From positions 896,001 to 960,000 of the forward strand of contig CBDDIJ010000002.1 in NCBI GenBank assembly GCA_965228855.1: a stretch of DNA of 64,000 nt, written 5' to 3'. The notes beneath the pieces were generated by a model that was not told the origin of the DNA, did not search any database, and worked only from the letters and a program-made list of their open reading frames with translations. A program made the position numbers and the translations under genes. Below, in pieces: positions 51,490 through 62,942 of this stretch (its first letter is position 1; each line of letters starts with the position of its first letter). Origin of the DNA: Candidatus Obscuribacterales bacterium. GTDB lineage: Bacteria; Cyanobacteriota; Vampirovibrionia; Obscuribacterales; Obscuribacteraceae.

Positions 51490-52632
51490 TTAAACGAGGG
51501 GCTGAGCAGCGGCGCCGCTGTAGTGGGACAGCGGGCGGAACAGTTTGTTGTCCTTCAGCTGTTCGCGGATGTGCTCGCTCCAGCCGATGATGCGGCTCGT
51601 GCAGAAGGTCGAGCTGTAGAGTTCACGCGGGATGCCGGCGTGCTCGAGAGCGACGGCGGTCCAGAACTCCACGTTGACGCGCAGGGCGCGGACCGGCGTT
51701 CCGACGGCGGCCTTCGCCTTCTGGTGGGCGTCGAGAGCCGACAGCACTTCGTGCTCGACGGCGCGAGCCAGCTCGATGCGCGGGCCCTTCTGCTTCTCGG
51801 CGACGCGCTTCAGCGTGAGCGCGCGCGGATCATCCGTGCGGTAGACGCGATGTCCGAAGCCCATGATGCGGCGCTTGGCGGTGAGCTGATCCTTGACCCA
51901 GTCCTTGGCCTTATCGACCGAGCCGATCGAGTCGAGCATGTCGAGAACCGGACCCGGAGCGCCGCCGTGCAGCGGACCGGACAGCGTGCCGATCGCCGCG
52001 GTGATGGCCGCGCCGACGTCGGCACCGGTCGAGGCGCAGACGCGGCCGGCGAAGGTCGAAGCGTTGAGACCGTGGTCCATGGTGAGGATCAGATAGGTCT
52101 CGACCGCCTGACGCGCTTCCTTCTTGGGCTTGTGACCGAGGATGCCCCAGAGGTAGCGCTCGGCGTAACCGAGGTTGTTGCGCTTCTTGAGCGGCGCCTT
52201 GCCGGTGTGGATCACCTCGACGATGGCGGGAGCGAGCGCGGAGAGCGCAAGCAGCTCCTCCTCGACTTCGGCTACGTCACGGTTGAGCCACGGTTTGTAG
52301 CCGCGCTGCGAGGCGATCGCGGAGAGAATGCTGCGGAAAGCCGAGAGCGGCTCGCCGGCGCGCAGTCCTTTCATGATGCGGATTTCCTGCGCGTTCGGGC
52401 GGCCGAGCTTCTCGACTTTGGCCTTGAACGCGTCGAGTTCCGCGTCGGTCGGCAGGCGGTTGTAGTGCAGCAGGAACCAGACTTCTTCGATGGTCTTCTT
52501 CTCGGCGAGGTCGACGGCGTTGTAGCCAGCGAAGGTGAGCTTGCCGTTGGTGCCGTCGACGTCGCTCAGCCGAGTCGCACAAGCGATAACGCCTTCGAGA
52601 CCGGCGGCAAACGATGGTGCGGGAGTGTTCAT
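51490..52632 (-). CDS. citA: Citrate synthase (short CitA-like type)
   Basis: GLEGV, DHGLNAST, GPLHGGA, MGFGHRVY, NVEFW. Confidence 0.9.
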   Translation of the reverse strand: MNTPAPSFAAGLEGVIACATRLSDVDGTNGKLTFAGYNAVDLAEKKTIEEVWFLLHYNRLPTDAELDAFKAKVEKLGRPNAQEIRIMKGLRAGEPLSAFRSILSAIASQRGYKPWLNRDVAEVEEELLALSALAPAIVEVIHTGKAPLKKRNNLGYAERYLWGILGHKPKKEARQAVETYLILTMDHGLNASTFAGRVCASTGADVGAAITAAIGTLSGPLHGGAPGPVLDMLDSIGSVDKAKDWVKDQLTAKRRIMGFGHRVYRTDDPRALTLKRVAEKQKGPRIELARAVEHEVLSALDAHQKAKAAVGTPVRALRVNVEFWTAVALEHAGIPRELYSSTFCTSRIIGWSEHIREQLKDNKLFRPLSHYSGAAAQPLV

Positions 52633-52719
52633 GGTGGTTTCCTTATGGGCAGTGTACTGGGATGGACGCAGTAAGAAGGCGCCTGTAAAGCAGACGCCGA
52701 AGCGCATGCCTAAACGCGA

Positions 52720-52787
52720 GCGCTGAAACGTAAGCGCCGTAACTTAAGCGCCGTAACGTAAGCGCTGAAACGTGAGCGCCGGAACGC
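52720..52787. repeat. 14-bp degenerate tandem repeat, ~5 copies
   Basis: gcgcYgWaacgtaa-like units. Confidence 0.8.
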
Positions 52788-53021
52788 GGGCTCTAAGTTG
52801 AAGTCCGCTTTTCCAGCGGCGGTATAGCGTCGGACCGTTTCCTATACCGCGCGAGGGAAACCGATAATGGCATTCTCTTCGCGGTATGCAAAAACAGCTT
52901 CGTCTATACCGCCGTCGGTATGAGTAGTCGATTGCAATAATAGTAAGTGGTTGACGCTAAGCCTTCGGGGCGGCGTTCAGGGCGTCGGTCTTTGGGGCGT
53001 CGGCGTTCGCGTCGTCGGCGT

Positions 53022-56000
53022 TCAGGGCTTCGGCTGGTCCGCCATCAAGCTGGCGAGCAGCTCGACATTGGAGTGGATATTCTCCGCCGAGGCGTGGAGC
53101 GCCTTGAGCTCGTCGTCGTTGAGCTTGAGGTTGACGATGCGTTCGACACCCTTCTTGCCGAGGATGATGGGAAGCCCGATGAAGACCGGCGGCAGACCGT
53201 GCTTGCCGAGGCTGTGCACTGAGCACGGCACGAGCTTGCGACCGCCCGTGAGAATGGTCTCGACCATCTGCGCGGTAGCCGCACCCGGAGCGTACCAAGC
53301 GCTGCCGGTCTTCAGGTGCTGAACGATTTCCGCGCCGCCGTTGCGCGTGCGATCGCTCATCTCGGCGATGCGCTTGGCGGAAATCAGCTCGGTGACAGGC
53401 ACGCCGTTGACCGTGCTGAAGCGAGGCATCGGCACCATCAGGTCGCCGTGTCCGCCGAGCACCATGGCGCGAACGTCATCGCTCGCCACATCGAGTTCTT
53501 CTGCGATGAACGACTGGAAGCGCGCACTGTCGAGCACGCCGGCCATGCCGATCACCTTGCGGGCGGCGACGCCGGTCACCTTCCAGACGAGGTACGCCAT
53601 GACGTCGAGCGGGTTGGAGACGACCACGAAAGTCGCGCGCGGCGACATCTTATGGCTCTCGCGTGCAGCGGTTCCGACAATCGAGGCGTTGATCTTGAGC
53701 AGGTCGTCGCGCGTCATGCCCGGCTTGCGGGGGCTGCCGGCGCAGATGACGACCACATCGGAGTTCTTGGTGTCGGCGTAATCGGAGGTGCCGGTGATGC
53801 GCACCGAGCCGCCGTTGAGCGCGACTGCCTGGGAGAGGTCGAGTGCCTTGCCCTTGGCGACGCCCTCGTTGATGTCGAGGAGGACGATGTCCGCGGCGTT
53901 GTGCAGCGCGAGCATTTGACCGACCGTGGCGCCGACGTTGCCGCCGCCGCCGATGATGGATACCTTCTTCATGGAGGATCTCTTCGTGGTTGAGCGCCGT
54001 TTCGGGCGCGAGGCTGCAGGAGCTTTTGTCGGGGAGGAACCGTTTGCGCTGTCACCGCTGGTGGTGGCGGCGGGTTTGGCGTCGCTTGTGGTTTCACCGC
54101 CGGTGGTGGTCTGTGCGGCAGGCGCCGTTCCGTTCGCGTCGGCAGGCGCGGTCTCACTCGCGCAGGCTTTCGCTGTTTCATTCGCGGTCGAAACCGACTT
54201 CGCTGCCTGCTCGGCTTTCCGACGTTCGTGCACGAGATTGAGAGCGGAACCGGCTTTGAACCAGCCGATTTGCTCTTCGGTCATCGTGTGTTTCGCTTCC
54301 AGGCGATCGACCGTGCCGTCTTCGTGAGTGACGGAAACGTCGACCAGCTTGCCGGGAGCGAGTTCCGAGAGTCCTTCGATCGACACGCGATCCCTGTCGC
54401 GAATCAGGTCGTAGTCGGACGAGTTCTTGAACGTGAGCGCGAGAACGCCCTGCTGTTTCAGGTTCGTCTCGTGAATGCGAGCGAAACTGCGGGCGATGAC
54501 CGCGCGGCAGCCGAGATGGCGGGGCGACATCGCCGCGTGTTCGCGACTGGAGCCTTCGCCGTAGTTCAGATCTCCGATTGCCACCCAGCTGACGTTGCTC
54601 GCCTTGTAGGCGCGCGCCAGCGTAGCGAGGCGCATGGTCTCGCCGGTCAGGACATTGAGACCTTCGCCGGGCTTGGCAGAGAAAGCGTTGTTCGCGCCAA
54701 GGAACATGTTCTCGCTGATGCGGTCGAGGTGTCCCCGGTATTTCAGCCACGGGCCGGCAGGCGAGATGTGGTCGGTCGTGCATTTGCCGGCTGCTTTGAG
54801 CAGCACCGGCATCCCCGAGAAGTCCTTGCCGTCCCACTTGGCGAAGGGGAGGAGAACCTCGAGGCGCTGCGAGTCCGGCTTGATGGCGACCTCTATGGTC
54901 TCGCCGGTGGTGGCGCGATTGGCGCGTTCGGTTTCAGCATCGAGATAACCGAAGTCGACCTCGCTGAAGCCCTTGGCCGGAAGCCCGCCCTGTCCCGGTG
55001 GCTCGAGCATGAATTTCGTGCCGTCAGGCGCCTCCAGGGTGTCCGTGAGGGGGTTGAAATCCAGGCTGCCCTTGAGCGCGAAGGCGGTGACGATTTCCGG
55101 GCTTGCGATGAACGCGAGCGTTTCCGGGTTGCCGTCGTTGCGGCGCGGGAAGTTGCGGTTGAAGGACGTGATGATCGAGTTGGCGTCGCCTTCCTTGATG
55201 TCATCGCGCTTCCACTGCCCGATGCACGGACCGCAGGCGTTGGCCAGAACATTGGCGCCGACACTTTCCAGGTCCTTGAGCTGACCGTCGCGGGTGATGG
55301 TTTCATGCACCTGGATTGAGCCAGGCGTTACCATGAAACCGACCGCAGTCTTGATGCCCTTCTCGGCCGCCTGCCGCGCCACATCCGCCGCGCGAGTCAT
55401 GTCCTGGTAGCTGGAGTTGGTGCAGCTGCCAATCAGAGCGTAGCGCAGAGCGCTCGGGTAGCCCTTCGCAGCGACTTCAGCTTTGAACTGCGAGATCGGT
55501 CGCGCCAGGTCCGGCGTGTGCGGACCGACGATATGCGGTTCCAGCGTGGAAAGATCGATTTCGATGACCCGGTCGAAGAACTTGTGCGGGTCGGCTTCGA
55601 CCTCCGGATCGGCAGTGAGGAAGCGCTCGTTCGCCTTGGCGAGGGCGCCGATCTGCTCGCGTCCGGTGAGTGCCAGATATTCGAGGATGTGGTCGTCGAG
55701 TGGGAAAACGGAGGTCGTCGCGCCGAGTTCCGCGCCCATATTCGTGATGGTCGCCTTGCCGGTCGCGCTGATGGAGCGCGTTCCTTCGCCGAAGTATTCG
55801 ACGATGGAACCGGTGCCGCCATCGACCGTGAGGATGCCGGCGAGCTTGAGAATGATGTCCTTGGGCGCGGCCCAGCCGTTGAGCTTGCCGGTCAGTTTCA
55901 CACCAATCAGCTTCGGCCAGCGCAGTCCCCAGGGTTCGCCCGCCATGGTGAAGGTCGCGTCTGCGCCGCCCACGCCGATGGCGAGCATGCCGAGACCGCC

Positions 56001-56510
56001 GGCGTTGGGCGTGTGCGAGTCGGTGCCGATGAGCAGGCTGCCCGGGAAGGCGTAGTTCTCCAGCACCACCTGATGGATGATGCCCGAACCGGGCTTCCAG
56101 AAACCGACACCGTATTTGGTGCTGGCCGTGCGCAGGAAGTCATAGACTTCCGAGTTGGTATCGAGCGCGTTGAGTAGATCCAGTTTCGCTCCGACGCGCG
56201 CCTGGATCAGGTGATCGCAGTGGACGGTGGAGGGAACGAAAACCTTGTCGAGATTCGCTTGCATAAACTGCAACAGCGCCATCTGCGCCGTCGCGTCCTG
56301 CATGGCGACTCGGTCAGGTCGAAGGAAAACGTAGGAACTGCCGCGTGTCGGGAAGGTTTCGCCCTCGTTCCATCGGTCGAGGTGCGCGGAGAGAATCTTC
56401 TCGGCGAGCGTCAGGGGGCGCTCGGCGCGTCCGCGTGCGACGCGATATTTTTCGGGCAGAGAATCGTAGAGAGGCGTGACTTCCGCCAGAGTAGTTTGTC
56501 GTTTCGTCAT
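53022..56510 (-). CDS. Aconitate hydratase fused in frame to malate dehydrogenase (MDH part 53022-53972)
   Basis: Aconitase: [78 protein letters not shown]. No stop codon between them. Confidence 0.9.
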   Translation of the reverse strand: MTKRQTTLAEVTPLYDSLPEKYRVARGRAERPLTLAEKILSAHLDRWNEGETFPTRGSSYVFLRPDRVAMQDATAQMALLQFMQANLDKVFVPSTVHCDHLIQARVGAKLDLLNALDTNSEVYDFLRTASTKYGVGFWKPGSGIIHQVVLENYAFPGSLLIGTDSHTPNAGGLGMLAIGVGGADATFTMAGEPWGLRWPKLIGVKLTGKLNGWAAPKDIILKLAGILTVDGGTGSIVEYFGEGTRSISATGKATITNMGAELGATTSVFPLDDHILEYLALTGREQIGALAKANERFLTADPEVEADPHKFFDRVIEIDLSTLEPHIVGPHTPDLARPISQFKAEVAAKGYPSALRYALIGSCTNSSYQDMTRAADVARQAAEKGIKTAVGFMVTPGSIQVHETITRDGQLKDLESVGANVLANACGPCIGQWKRDDIKEGDANSIITSFNRNFPRRNDGNPETLAFIASPEIVTAFALKGSLDFNPLTDTLEAPDGTKFMLEPPGQGGLPAKGFSEVDFGYLDAETERANRATTGETIEVAIKPDSQRLEVLLPFAKWDGKDFSGMPVLLKAAGKCTTDHISPAGPWLKYRGHLDRISENMFLGANNAFSAKPGEGLNVLTGETMRLATLARAYKASNVSWVAIGDLNYGEGSSREHAAMSPRHLGCRAVIARSFARIHETNLKQQGVLALTFKNSSDYDLIRDRDRVSIEGLSELAPGKLVDVSVTHEDGTVDRLEAKHTMTEEQIGWFKAGSALNLVHERRKAEQAAKSVSTANETAKACASETAPADANGTAPAAQTTTGGETTSDAKPAATTSGDSANGSSPTKAPAASRPKRRSTTKRSSMKKVSIIGGGGNVGATVGQMLALHNAADIVLLDINEGVAKGKALDLSQAVALNGGSVRITGTSDYADTKNSDVVVICAGSPRKPGMTRDDLLKINASIVGTAARESHKMSPRATFVVVSNPLDVMAYLVWKVTGVAARKVIGMAGVLDSARFQSFIAEELDVASDDVRAMVLGGHGDLMVPMPRFSTVNGVPVTELISAKRIAEMSDRTRNGGAEIVQHLKTGSAWYAPGAATAQMVETILTGGRKLVPCSVHSLGKHGLPPVFIGLPIILGKKGVERIVNLKLNDDELKALHASAENIHSNVELLASLMADQPKP

Positions 56511-57127
56511 ATGTGTCACCAACTCCAGTGAGGATGCTGTTTAAAGAAAAACAGCCACAGTTGTTCCGCCGAATCTTCTCCGCGCGCTATCGAAGCGCAT
56601 CTAGGGAAAGGTTCTCGATGGGAAACAACTCTGGTGAGTTAAAGAGCCAAGGTCTGGAATAAACGATGTATGCAGAATGTTTCTAGCTTATAAACAGGTG
56701 TGATTTGAGCTTTAATCATGAACACAAGATGAAGACTTGGATAAACGTTTACTGACCCTTGAAAAGTGGCGACCGGCGCGGCTCTTGCCTGCTCTGCAAT
56801 TCGAGGTTGCCAGTTGGAATTTAGGGTCAAGCTAGCGCGGCGTGCGCAAGAAGCCAGTTGGCTAACAATGTATATGCGAACGAAACCGCTTGGCAGGTGC
56901 AACTTATTGATTGATCGATTGACCTGATTGGTGCCAGTCGAAACTTGAACAAACGGATTTTTAGACGGATTGAGTTTGTCACAAACCGCTGATATCGGTT
57001 TGGTTAGATATTCACACGCAGCACACACCAATCGAATGTCACCCGAGCGGACTTGCCGAATATGGCTTCCAGTGCGGTGTACGCCGACGTCAGGTACGGG
57101 CACTCGATGATTCAGGAGGTCACTCAG

Positions 57128-57700
57128 ATGACAGCACGGATGGAGCAGTTAGAGCCAACGCAAGCCGCAGCCGCTCCGAGTCAACCGTTCGAGGCATCCT
57201 CTCCTTCGTTGAATGAAGTCAAAACGGCCACTGCGGGGGCCACGGATAGGGCTCAAAGCACTATCGATAGGACTTTTGGAACTCCTGAGATTCAGAACGA
57301 GAACATGGGCGCCGGTCTCGGTTCAAAAAACAGCTCCGAGCGTCCTATGCTCGATCCGGATCAGCTCATGGGTGCTTCGGAAGTCGGACGCCTCGGCGAC
57401 ACGCTTGCCAGGCAAGGTGTTGACACAAACGATGACAAAGCGGTCAAGGATTACATGGAAAAATCGTACGATCAATACATCGAAAAGGGGCTCCGGCTCT
57501 CGGGTGTGGACTTGCCAAAGAATCCGACCGCAGAAGATCTCGGCAAAGCGTTGATTGATAAAGTGAAGGGTGCTCAAAACCATGACTTGAAAGCGGCTCT
57601 GGAAGACAATCCGGCTGAAGGCTACAAGTCGATGCGCGGTGTTTATATTGACGCGCAGATGCAGGCGTTGAGCAACGAACGGGCTCGTAAAGGGCATTAG
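57128..57700 (+). CDS. Hypothetical protein
   Basis: AGGAGG SD before ATG 57128. Confidence 0.7.
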   Translation: MTARMEQLEPTQAAAAPSQPFEASSPSLNEVKTATAGATDRAQSTIDRTFGTPEIQNENMGAGLGSKNSSERPMLDPDQLMGASEVGRLGDTLARQGVDTNDDKAVKDYMEKSYDQYIEKGLRLSGVDLPKNPTAEDLGKALIDKVKGAQNHDLKAALEDNPAEGYKSMRGVYIDAQMQALSNERARKGH

Positions 57701-57764
57701 ATAAAGGTTTTTACAGCGAGTGAGTGAGCTGGATGTGCGATTAGCACATCCAGTTTCTCCATAT

Positions 57765-58290
57765 TTACTACTATAGAAGATGGTGGTCTGTGAAATCCCT
57801 ATGAGCAGATAAGGCATGGTATTCCGGAATTCGCCAGAGGGCGGACTTTGCCAAAATTACTACTATAGAAGATGGGGTCGGTAAAATCCCCAAGTGCAGA
57901 CAAGGTAGGGTATTCCGGGATTTGCCAAAGGGCGACTTGTGTCAAAAGGAGTGTGTTGTCTTCGTGGGAATGCCGGATTCTCGGAAATCCGTCATTGTGG
58001 CATAGACAAACGGAGGCAGGGGTGGATGTTTAAGGGGCGAGAAGTCAGGTAGGCTCATGGTTCGCGGGATTTTGTTGACACTGTCTGATATAGTAGAAAT
58101 GTTTCCTTCGGGATTTGCCAGAGGGCGACCTCTGTCCAAAGGAGCGTGTTGTCTTCGTGGGAATGCCGGATTTTCGGAAATCCGTCATCCTGGCATAGAC
58201 AAACGGAGGCAGGGGTGGATGTTGAAGTGGTGAAAAGCCAGCGGAGTTCGGCGGTCGCTGGATTTTGTGTAAACTATCTGGTATAGTAGA
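57765..58290. repeat. Compound dispersed element (duplicated left arm, complete copy 57860-58096, 193-bp duplicated core + right arm)
   Basis: tactactatagaagatgg twice; core ttgtcttcgtgggaatgccgga...catagacaa twice; tatagtag at 58089 and 58282. Confidence 0.88.
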
Positions 58291-58419
58291 AAGGTTTTTA
58301 GGCACAAGGCACCAGGAGGGAGCCAGGGGATGGGACCCTGGGCTCACTTTCGAGGTGCGATGTGGTTTCGTTAGCTAGCCTGGGACTTATCGTCCGAGGC
58401 CGGGGCTAACGAGGGGCGC

Positions 58420-59517
58420 TTACTTCAGCCCTTTGCGGGTGAGCGACACGCGGCCGCGTTCGCGGTCGATGCTGTTCACCTGGACTTCGATGTTCTGACC
58501 GGAGGTCAGAGTCTCGCGGCGTCCGTTTTCGGAGCCGTAGTCCGCGATGTGCAGCAAGCCGTCGATGCAGTTGCCGATGCTCACGAAGGCGCCGTAGTTT
58601 TCGAAGCGAGCCACCACACCCGTGATGACATCACCCTCCTTCAACGTGCGCAGGAACTCATCCTGACGAGCGGCGCGAATGCTGAGCGACACCTGGCTCT
58701 TCGCCAAGTTAATCGACACGACTTTCACGTTCACTTCGTCACCGGAGCGGAAGAGCTTGGACGGTTCAGCGTTGCGGTCGCCGCTGACTTCGGTGCGATA
58801 GACGAGACCGGTGAGACCACCGCCAACGTCCACAAGCACACCAGCGTCAATGACTTTGACCACGGTGCCGGGAAGGACATCGTCCTTCTTCACTTCCGCC
58901 AGGCGTTCATCGCGCTGCTTCGCGAGGGCGCGAGTCTGGCTGAGGATGACTTCACCGCCGCGACCTTTGTTGGAGTCGGCGCTGAGAATCACCACGGAGA
59001 TTTCCTTGCCGGCCAGGTCATCGAGACGACCGTGCTGCTGGGTTTCGCTGCGAGGGATAAAGCAGCGGGTTTCTTCGAAGTAAGCGATCAGACCGCCAAC
59101 CGAGTCCTTGGCTCGCGAACGAACCACGGCGCGCTTGGGATCGCGATGCACCTGAGCCGTCACGATGGTTCCGTCCTCCTGAAGTTTGGAGAACTTTTCC
59201 CACTTAGCGGCCTGGCGATAGGACAGCTGGTTTTCTTCGTCGGCTTCGGTGTCGTCAAGGACATAGAAGTTGTACGTCTGACCGACCACGAGTTCCCCCG
59301 GGGCGGCGTCGCGCACAAAACTGTCGCTCTTTGCTCCGGTGCTGACGAGATAACCTCCTTTCACGGAGGCGACCACTTCACCTTTGATGATCGCTTTGCG
59401 GGCCAGAGCGGCGGGCATTTCGTACTGTGCCATCAGTTCAGCCATGCTGAAGCCGGTGGACGATTGAGAGTTGTCGCCGTCGAAGGCGAAGTCGCGGAAT
59501 TGATTTGTCTGTTTCAT
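58420..59517 (-). CDS. Ribosomal protein S1-like multi-S1-domain protein
   Basis: S1 repeats (GTVVKVIDAGVLVD, GVVARFENYGAFV, DGLLHI, RVSLT). Confidence 0.85.
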   Translation of the reverse strand: MKQTNQFRDFAFDGDNSQSSTGFSMAELMAQYEMPAALARKAIIKGEVVASVKGGYLVSTGAKSDSFVRDAAPGELVVGQTYNFYVLDDTEADEENQLSYRQAAKWEKFSKLQEDGTIVTAQVHRDPKRAVVRSRAKDSVGGLIAYFEETRCFIPRSETQQHGRLDDLAGKEISVVILSADSNKGRGGEVILSQTRALAKQRDERLAEVKKDDVLPGTVVKVIDAGVLVDVGGGLTGLVYRTEVSGDRNAEPSKLFRSGDEVNVKVVSINLAKSQVSLSIRAARQDEFLRTLKEGDVITGVVARFENYGAFVSIGNCIDGLLHIADYGSENGRRETLTSGQNIEVQVNSIDRERGRVSLTRKGLK

Positions 59518-60266
59518 AACTGCAAAGTTTGCTCCTTTTCGGAATTTTTGGTTTGTGTTGTTTAAAAAAGAACCGTTGCAACCCGTTCCAACACGCCGCT
59601 CGGCACGAAGCGAAACCTCCCCAAGTCGTCGGGATGACTACTTGAGGAGGCTAAAACTTTCGTTTGAACTAACTACAGTTGTGTGTTTCGAACCAGTGCG
59701 GTGAAGTTGTAAAGGTGTAAGCCGACCCTACATTGCGCGCCATATCGAAAGCAACGAAATTTGAAGCAAAATGCGACTTTCGAACCCCATCGGAGGTTAG
59801 CGCGACGGACCTCGGTATTCGAGAAACTCGGCATTCCGTCAATATCGTTAGCTGCGATAGGTAATGAAATTGCCACGGGGGTGGCGTTTTCGGTTTTTAA
59901 TCAAAAACAGTTGCAATCGATGAAAGATTAGACGGAGCGCCAGTTTCGCTAGTCTCTAATCTTCAGCGCAACAATTATTGGAGAAGCTGCTTAACAATTG
60001 AATCTGAGGGCTGGCACTCACCGTGGTGAAATTCTGTCCTTATTTTCGTTCCGTTAATAGGGGAACTATTCGTCGGGTCGCAGGGACTTCTTGCGAAGGT
60101 AGTATCGGTAAGGGGTCGCGGTTTATTAGCCCAGGTTGCGAGTTTAAAAATGCCGTTTCACGGTTGCATAACCAACGATTTCATTGGCTTTCGGGTCGAG
60201 GATGATGTCCCCTGTCAGGTGACACGATATAAGAGTTGCCGCAAAGACCTGTAAGCCGAAACCATT

Positions 60267-60272
60267 TATAAT
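60267..60272 (+). promoter_or_regulatory. -10 box of rnpB promoter
   Basis: TATAAT just upstream of the P1 helix. Confidence 0.55.
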
Positions 60273-60276
60273 TTCG

Positions 60277-60622
60277 GTTGAAGCAATGCGGATCGTCGCG
60301 TCCGAGAGGATGAGGAAAGTCCGGGCACCACAGGGCTGGTTGCTGGGTAACGCCCAGTGCGCGTGAGCGTGAGGATAGTGCCACAGAAATGAAGACCGCC
60401 AGGCTTGCCTGGTAAGGGTGCAACGGTGCGGTAAGAGCGTCACCAGCAAAGTCGAGAGGCTTTGGCTAGGTAAACCCCGCTGAAGGTGCAAGGCTAAGGT
60501 ATAGCTCGAGAGAACGGCGGCCCGTCGCCTTGAGTTGCCGATGCTGCTAGAGGGTTCAGGAAACTGGGCTCCAAGAGAGATGACGGTCGTAATACAGAAC
60601 CCGGCTTATGCGTTGCTTCAAC
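60277..60622 (+). ncRNA. rnpB: RNase P RNA (type A)
   Basis: GAGGAAAGTCCGGGC, AGTGCCACAGAAA, GGTAAACCCC, ACAGAACCCGGCTTA; P1 gttgaagcaatgc / gcgttgcttcaac. Confidence 0.97.
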
Positions 60623-60660
60623 TTTTAAATCTGCGTGTGTGCTCTGCGGCCGCCAGTTCT

Positions 60661-61431
60661 CTAAGGCTGTTTCTTGCCTTTGCTTTGCCACAGACCCGAC
60701 TCTTTCAAGCCGGACTTGCCGCGTGAGGCTTGCTCTGTGGCTTGCGCCGCGACCAGGCGCCAGAGTCCCGAGGCTGTGCCAACGTTGGCGTAGACCTGCT
60801 CGGCTTCTTCTGCGCGGTTTGTCGCGTAAAGCAATGCGGAATAGTTTTCCATTAGCAAGCCGGTTTCGTTGTGGTTGTAGCCAAGAACCTTCTGTTTAAT
60901 TGAAATCGCGCGGTCGTAGAATGTTTCAGCCTTCTCGTAATTGCCCTGACCGTGATAGATGTATGCGAGAAAGGTCGCAATCATCGCCAATCCAAGGTGT
61001 TCGCTGCCGAAGATTTTTTCGTAAATGTCCATGATGCGCTCTGAAAGCGGCTGCGCTTCAGGGAATTTACCCATCGAGTAATAGAGCTCGGCTAAGCTGT
61101 TGAGAGAATTGGCAACTTCGATGTGATCTTTGCCGTTGACGTTTTCGCGAATCATCACCAGGTGCTGGCGAATTGGAATAGCTTGAGCGCGTTTTCCCAG
61201 CTGGCAAAGCGACTCGGCGAGCTGGTCCAACGTCATGGCGACGCGGGGGTCTCGGTCTTCCACGTAGTCCAGTTGCTCCAAAGCCTGCTGCCACAGACCG
61301 GATGCTTTTGCAAAGTTGCCGAGACTGACGGCCTGGTCGGCTTCGAATTTTAGTTTTTCCCAGCTGGAATCCAAAGCTGGATCTCCTGAAACAGCTACGA
61401 GAGCGTAGTAAACAAAATGCCCATAGTTCAA
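60661..61431 (-). CDS. Tetratricopeptide repeat protein (kinesin-light-chain-like 42-aa repeats)
   Basis: HIEVANSLNSLAELYYSMGKFPEA-type repeats; start uncertain. Confidence 0.85.
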   Translation of the reverse strand: MNYGHFVYYALVAVSGDPALDSSWEKLKFEADQAVSLGNFAKASGLWQQALEQLDYVEDRDPRVAMTLDQLAESLCQLGKRAQAIPIRQHLVMIRENVNGKDHIEVANSLNSLAELYYSMGKFPEAQPLSERIMDIYEKIFGSEHLGLAMIATFLAYIYHGQGNYEKAETFYDRAISIKQKVLGYNHNETGLLMENYSALLYATNRAEEAEQVYANVGTASGLWRLVAAQATEQASRGKSGLKESGLWQSKGKKQP

Positions 61432-61542
61432 AAATTCCCTAGTTTAAATCAGTTTAATCATTCTTCGAAAGTATTTCATATTAAGTCTTCCGGACGGTTG
61501 TTAGATGCCGATTCTGCATAGATACCGGTATGATGTCCTGTC

Positions 61543-62274
61543 ATGCTTACTTTTAACGTCATTACGCTTTTCCCTGAGCTGATCTCGAACTATGTCGAAA
61601 CCAGCATCATCGGCCGGGGAATCAAAGCCGGCAAGTTGTGTGTGCGGACTTACAATCCTCGCGACTTTACGACGGATAACTACCGAAAGGTCGATGACAC
61701 TCCATATGGTGGCGGGGTCGGAATGGTTTTGAAACCGGAGCCGTTTTTTGCTGCCTTCGAAAGCATTCCGAGAAGCACTGATTCGCCGGTATTGTTGATG
61801 TCTCCGCAAGGTGAGAGGTTCGCGCACTCTAGCGCTAGCAAGCTGAGCGATTCTCTGGAAATCACCATTCTGTGCGGGCACTATGAGGGTTTCGACGAGC
61901 GCATTCGCACGCTGGCGACGCATGAATTTTCTATCGGCGACTATGTTTTAACCGGTGGCGAGCTCGCTTCACTGGTAATCATAGATGCCGTGGGGCGGCT
62001 TGTTCCTGGCGTGGTCGGGAAACATCTTTCTGTGCAAACGGAGTCCTTTAGCGACGGTCTGCTTGAGGGACCGAGTTACACCAAACCAGTGGAGTTTCGC
62101 GGCATGCAGGTTCCCGAGGTCGTGCGCGGCGGGAATCACAAGGCTATTGCAGCCTGGCGACGCCAGGAGGCGCTTAGGCGCACGTTCGAGCGCCGCCCCG
62201 ATCTGCTTGAAACAGCGGAGCTATCGGATGAAGATCGGCGCTATATCAAGTTTCTCAGCGAACAGACGAGCTGA
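61543..62274 (+). CDS. trmD: tRNA (guanine37-N1)-methyltransferase
   Basis: VITLFPE, VDDTPYGGGVGM, CGHYEGFDER, SIGDYVLTGGE. Confidence 0.98.
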   Translation: MLTFNVITLFPELISNYVETSIIGRGIKAGKLCVRTYNPRDFTTDNYRKVDDTPYGGGVGMVLKPEPFFAAFESIPRSTDSPVLLMSPQGERFAHSSASKLSDSLEITILCGHYEGFDERIRTLATHEFSIGDYVLTGGELASLVIIDAVGRLVPGVVGKHLSVQTESFSDGLLEGPSYTKPVEFRGMQVPEVVRGGNHKAIAAWRRQEALRRTFERRPDLLETAELSDEDRRYIKFLSEQTS

Positions 62275-62942
62275 TATTTGTGCTCATATCGCTAGCTTGC
62301 GCAGCATCGCTAATCTGACAATTACCGTTTCAGCTACAACCGTATTGCTTGGCAACCAGGGATATTGCTACTCTGAAGAGCCTTTTCACATCGCCTGCTC
62401 TGTTGGAAAACATACCCGGATCGTCCATTCCGACTATCATCTGAGAATCTTAGATAAAGCACGCGATGCATGAGGAAAGCCGTCTGCCAGTGATTTGTCG
62501 TCTTCGACGATGACTCACTGCGGCAAATCACACACTTCTCCTCTGGGAGATGGGCAAGCACCTACTGGGGAGCAGGTGGTCTTGCAGAGAAACTGTCGTA
62601 CGCGAAATGCTTCTGACTCTCTATCAGAGTGGCTTTGTTCGTTGAACGAGCGAGAAACATCTGCAGCTCAATTTAGATGACCTTACAGTCCTCGATCTGG
62701 CGCAAGCAGCCAATTGCGGACGGAGTCGAAATGTCTGTTTCGCCTCTTTATGCGGTCACATAGAACGATTCCCTCGCCGACCGGGAAGGCTGGGACTCAC
62801 CCTTGAACGCTTCGCCGTACTCCTCTTCCGACATTCGGATGGGTGTTCGTGCGAGCGCTCTTGCTGCTTTCGTTTTCCTCTTCCTGCAGCGCTTCGCTTG
62901 CTGGAAGTCTCTTCAACCCCAACCAAACTGAAGGAGCCAACC

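Noticed and set aside
52957..53040. Frameshifted C-terminal extension of MDH (ADDANADAPK...)
   Set aside because: MDH is already full length at its stop; the segment is a short local repeat and no slippery site was seen
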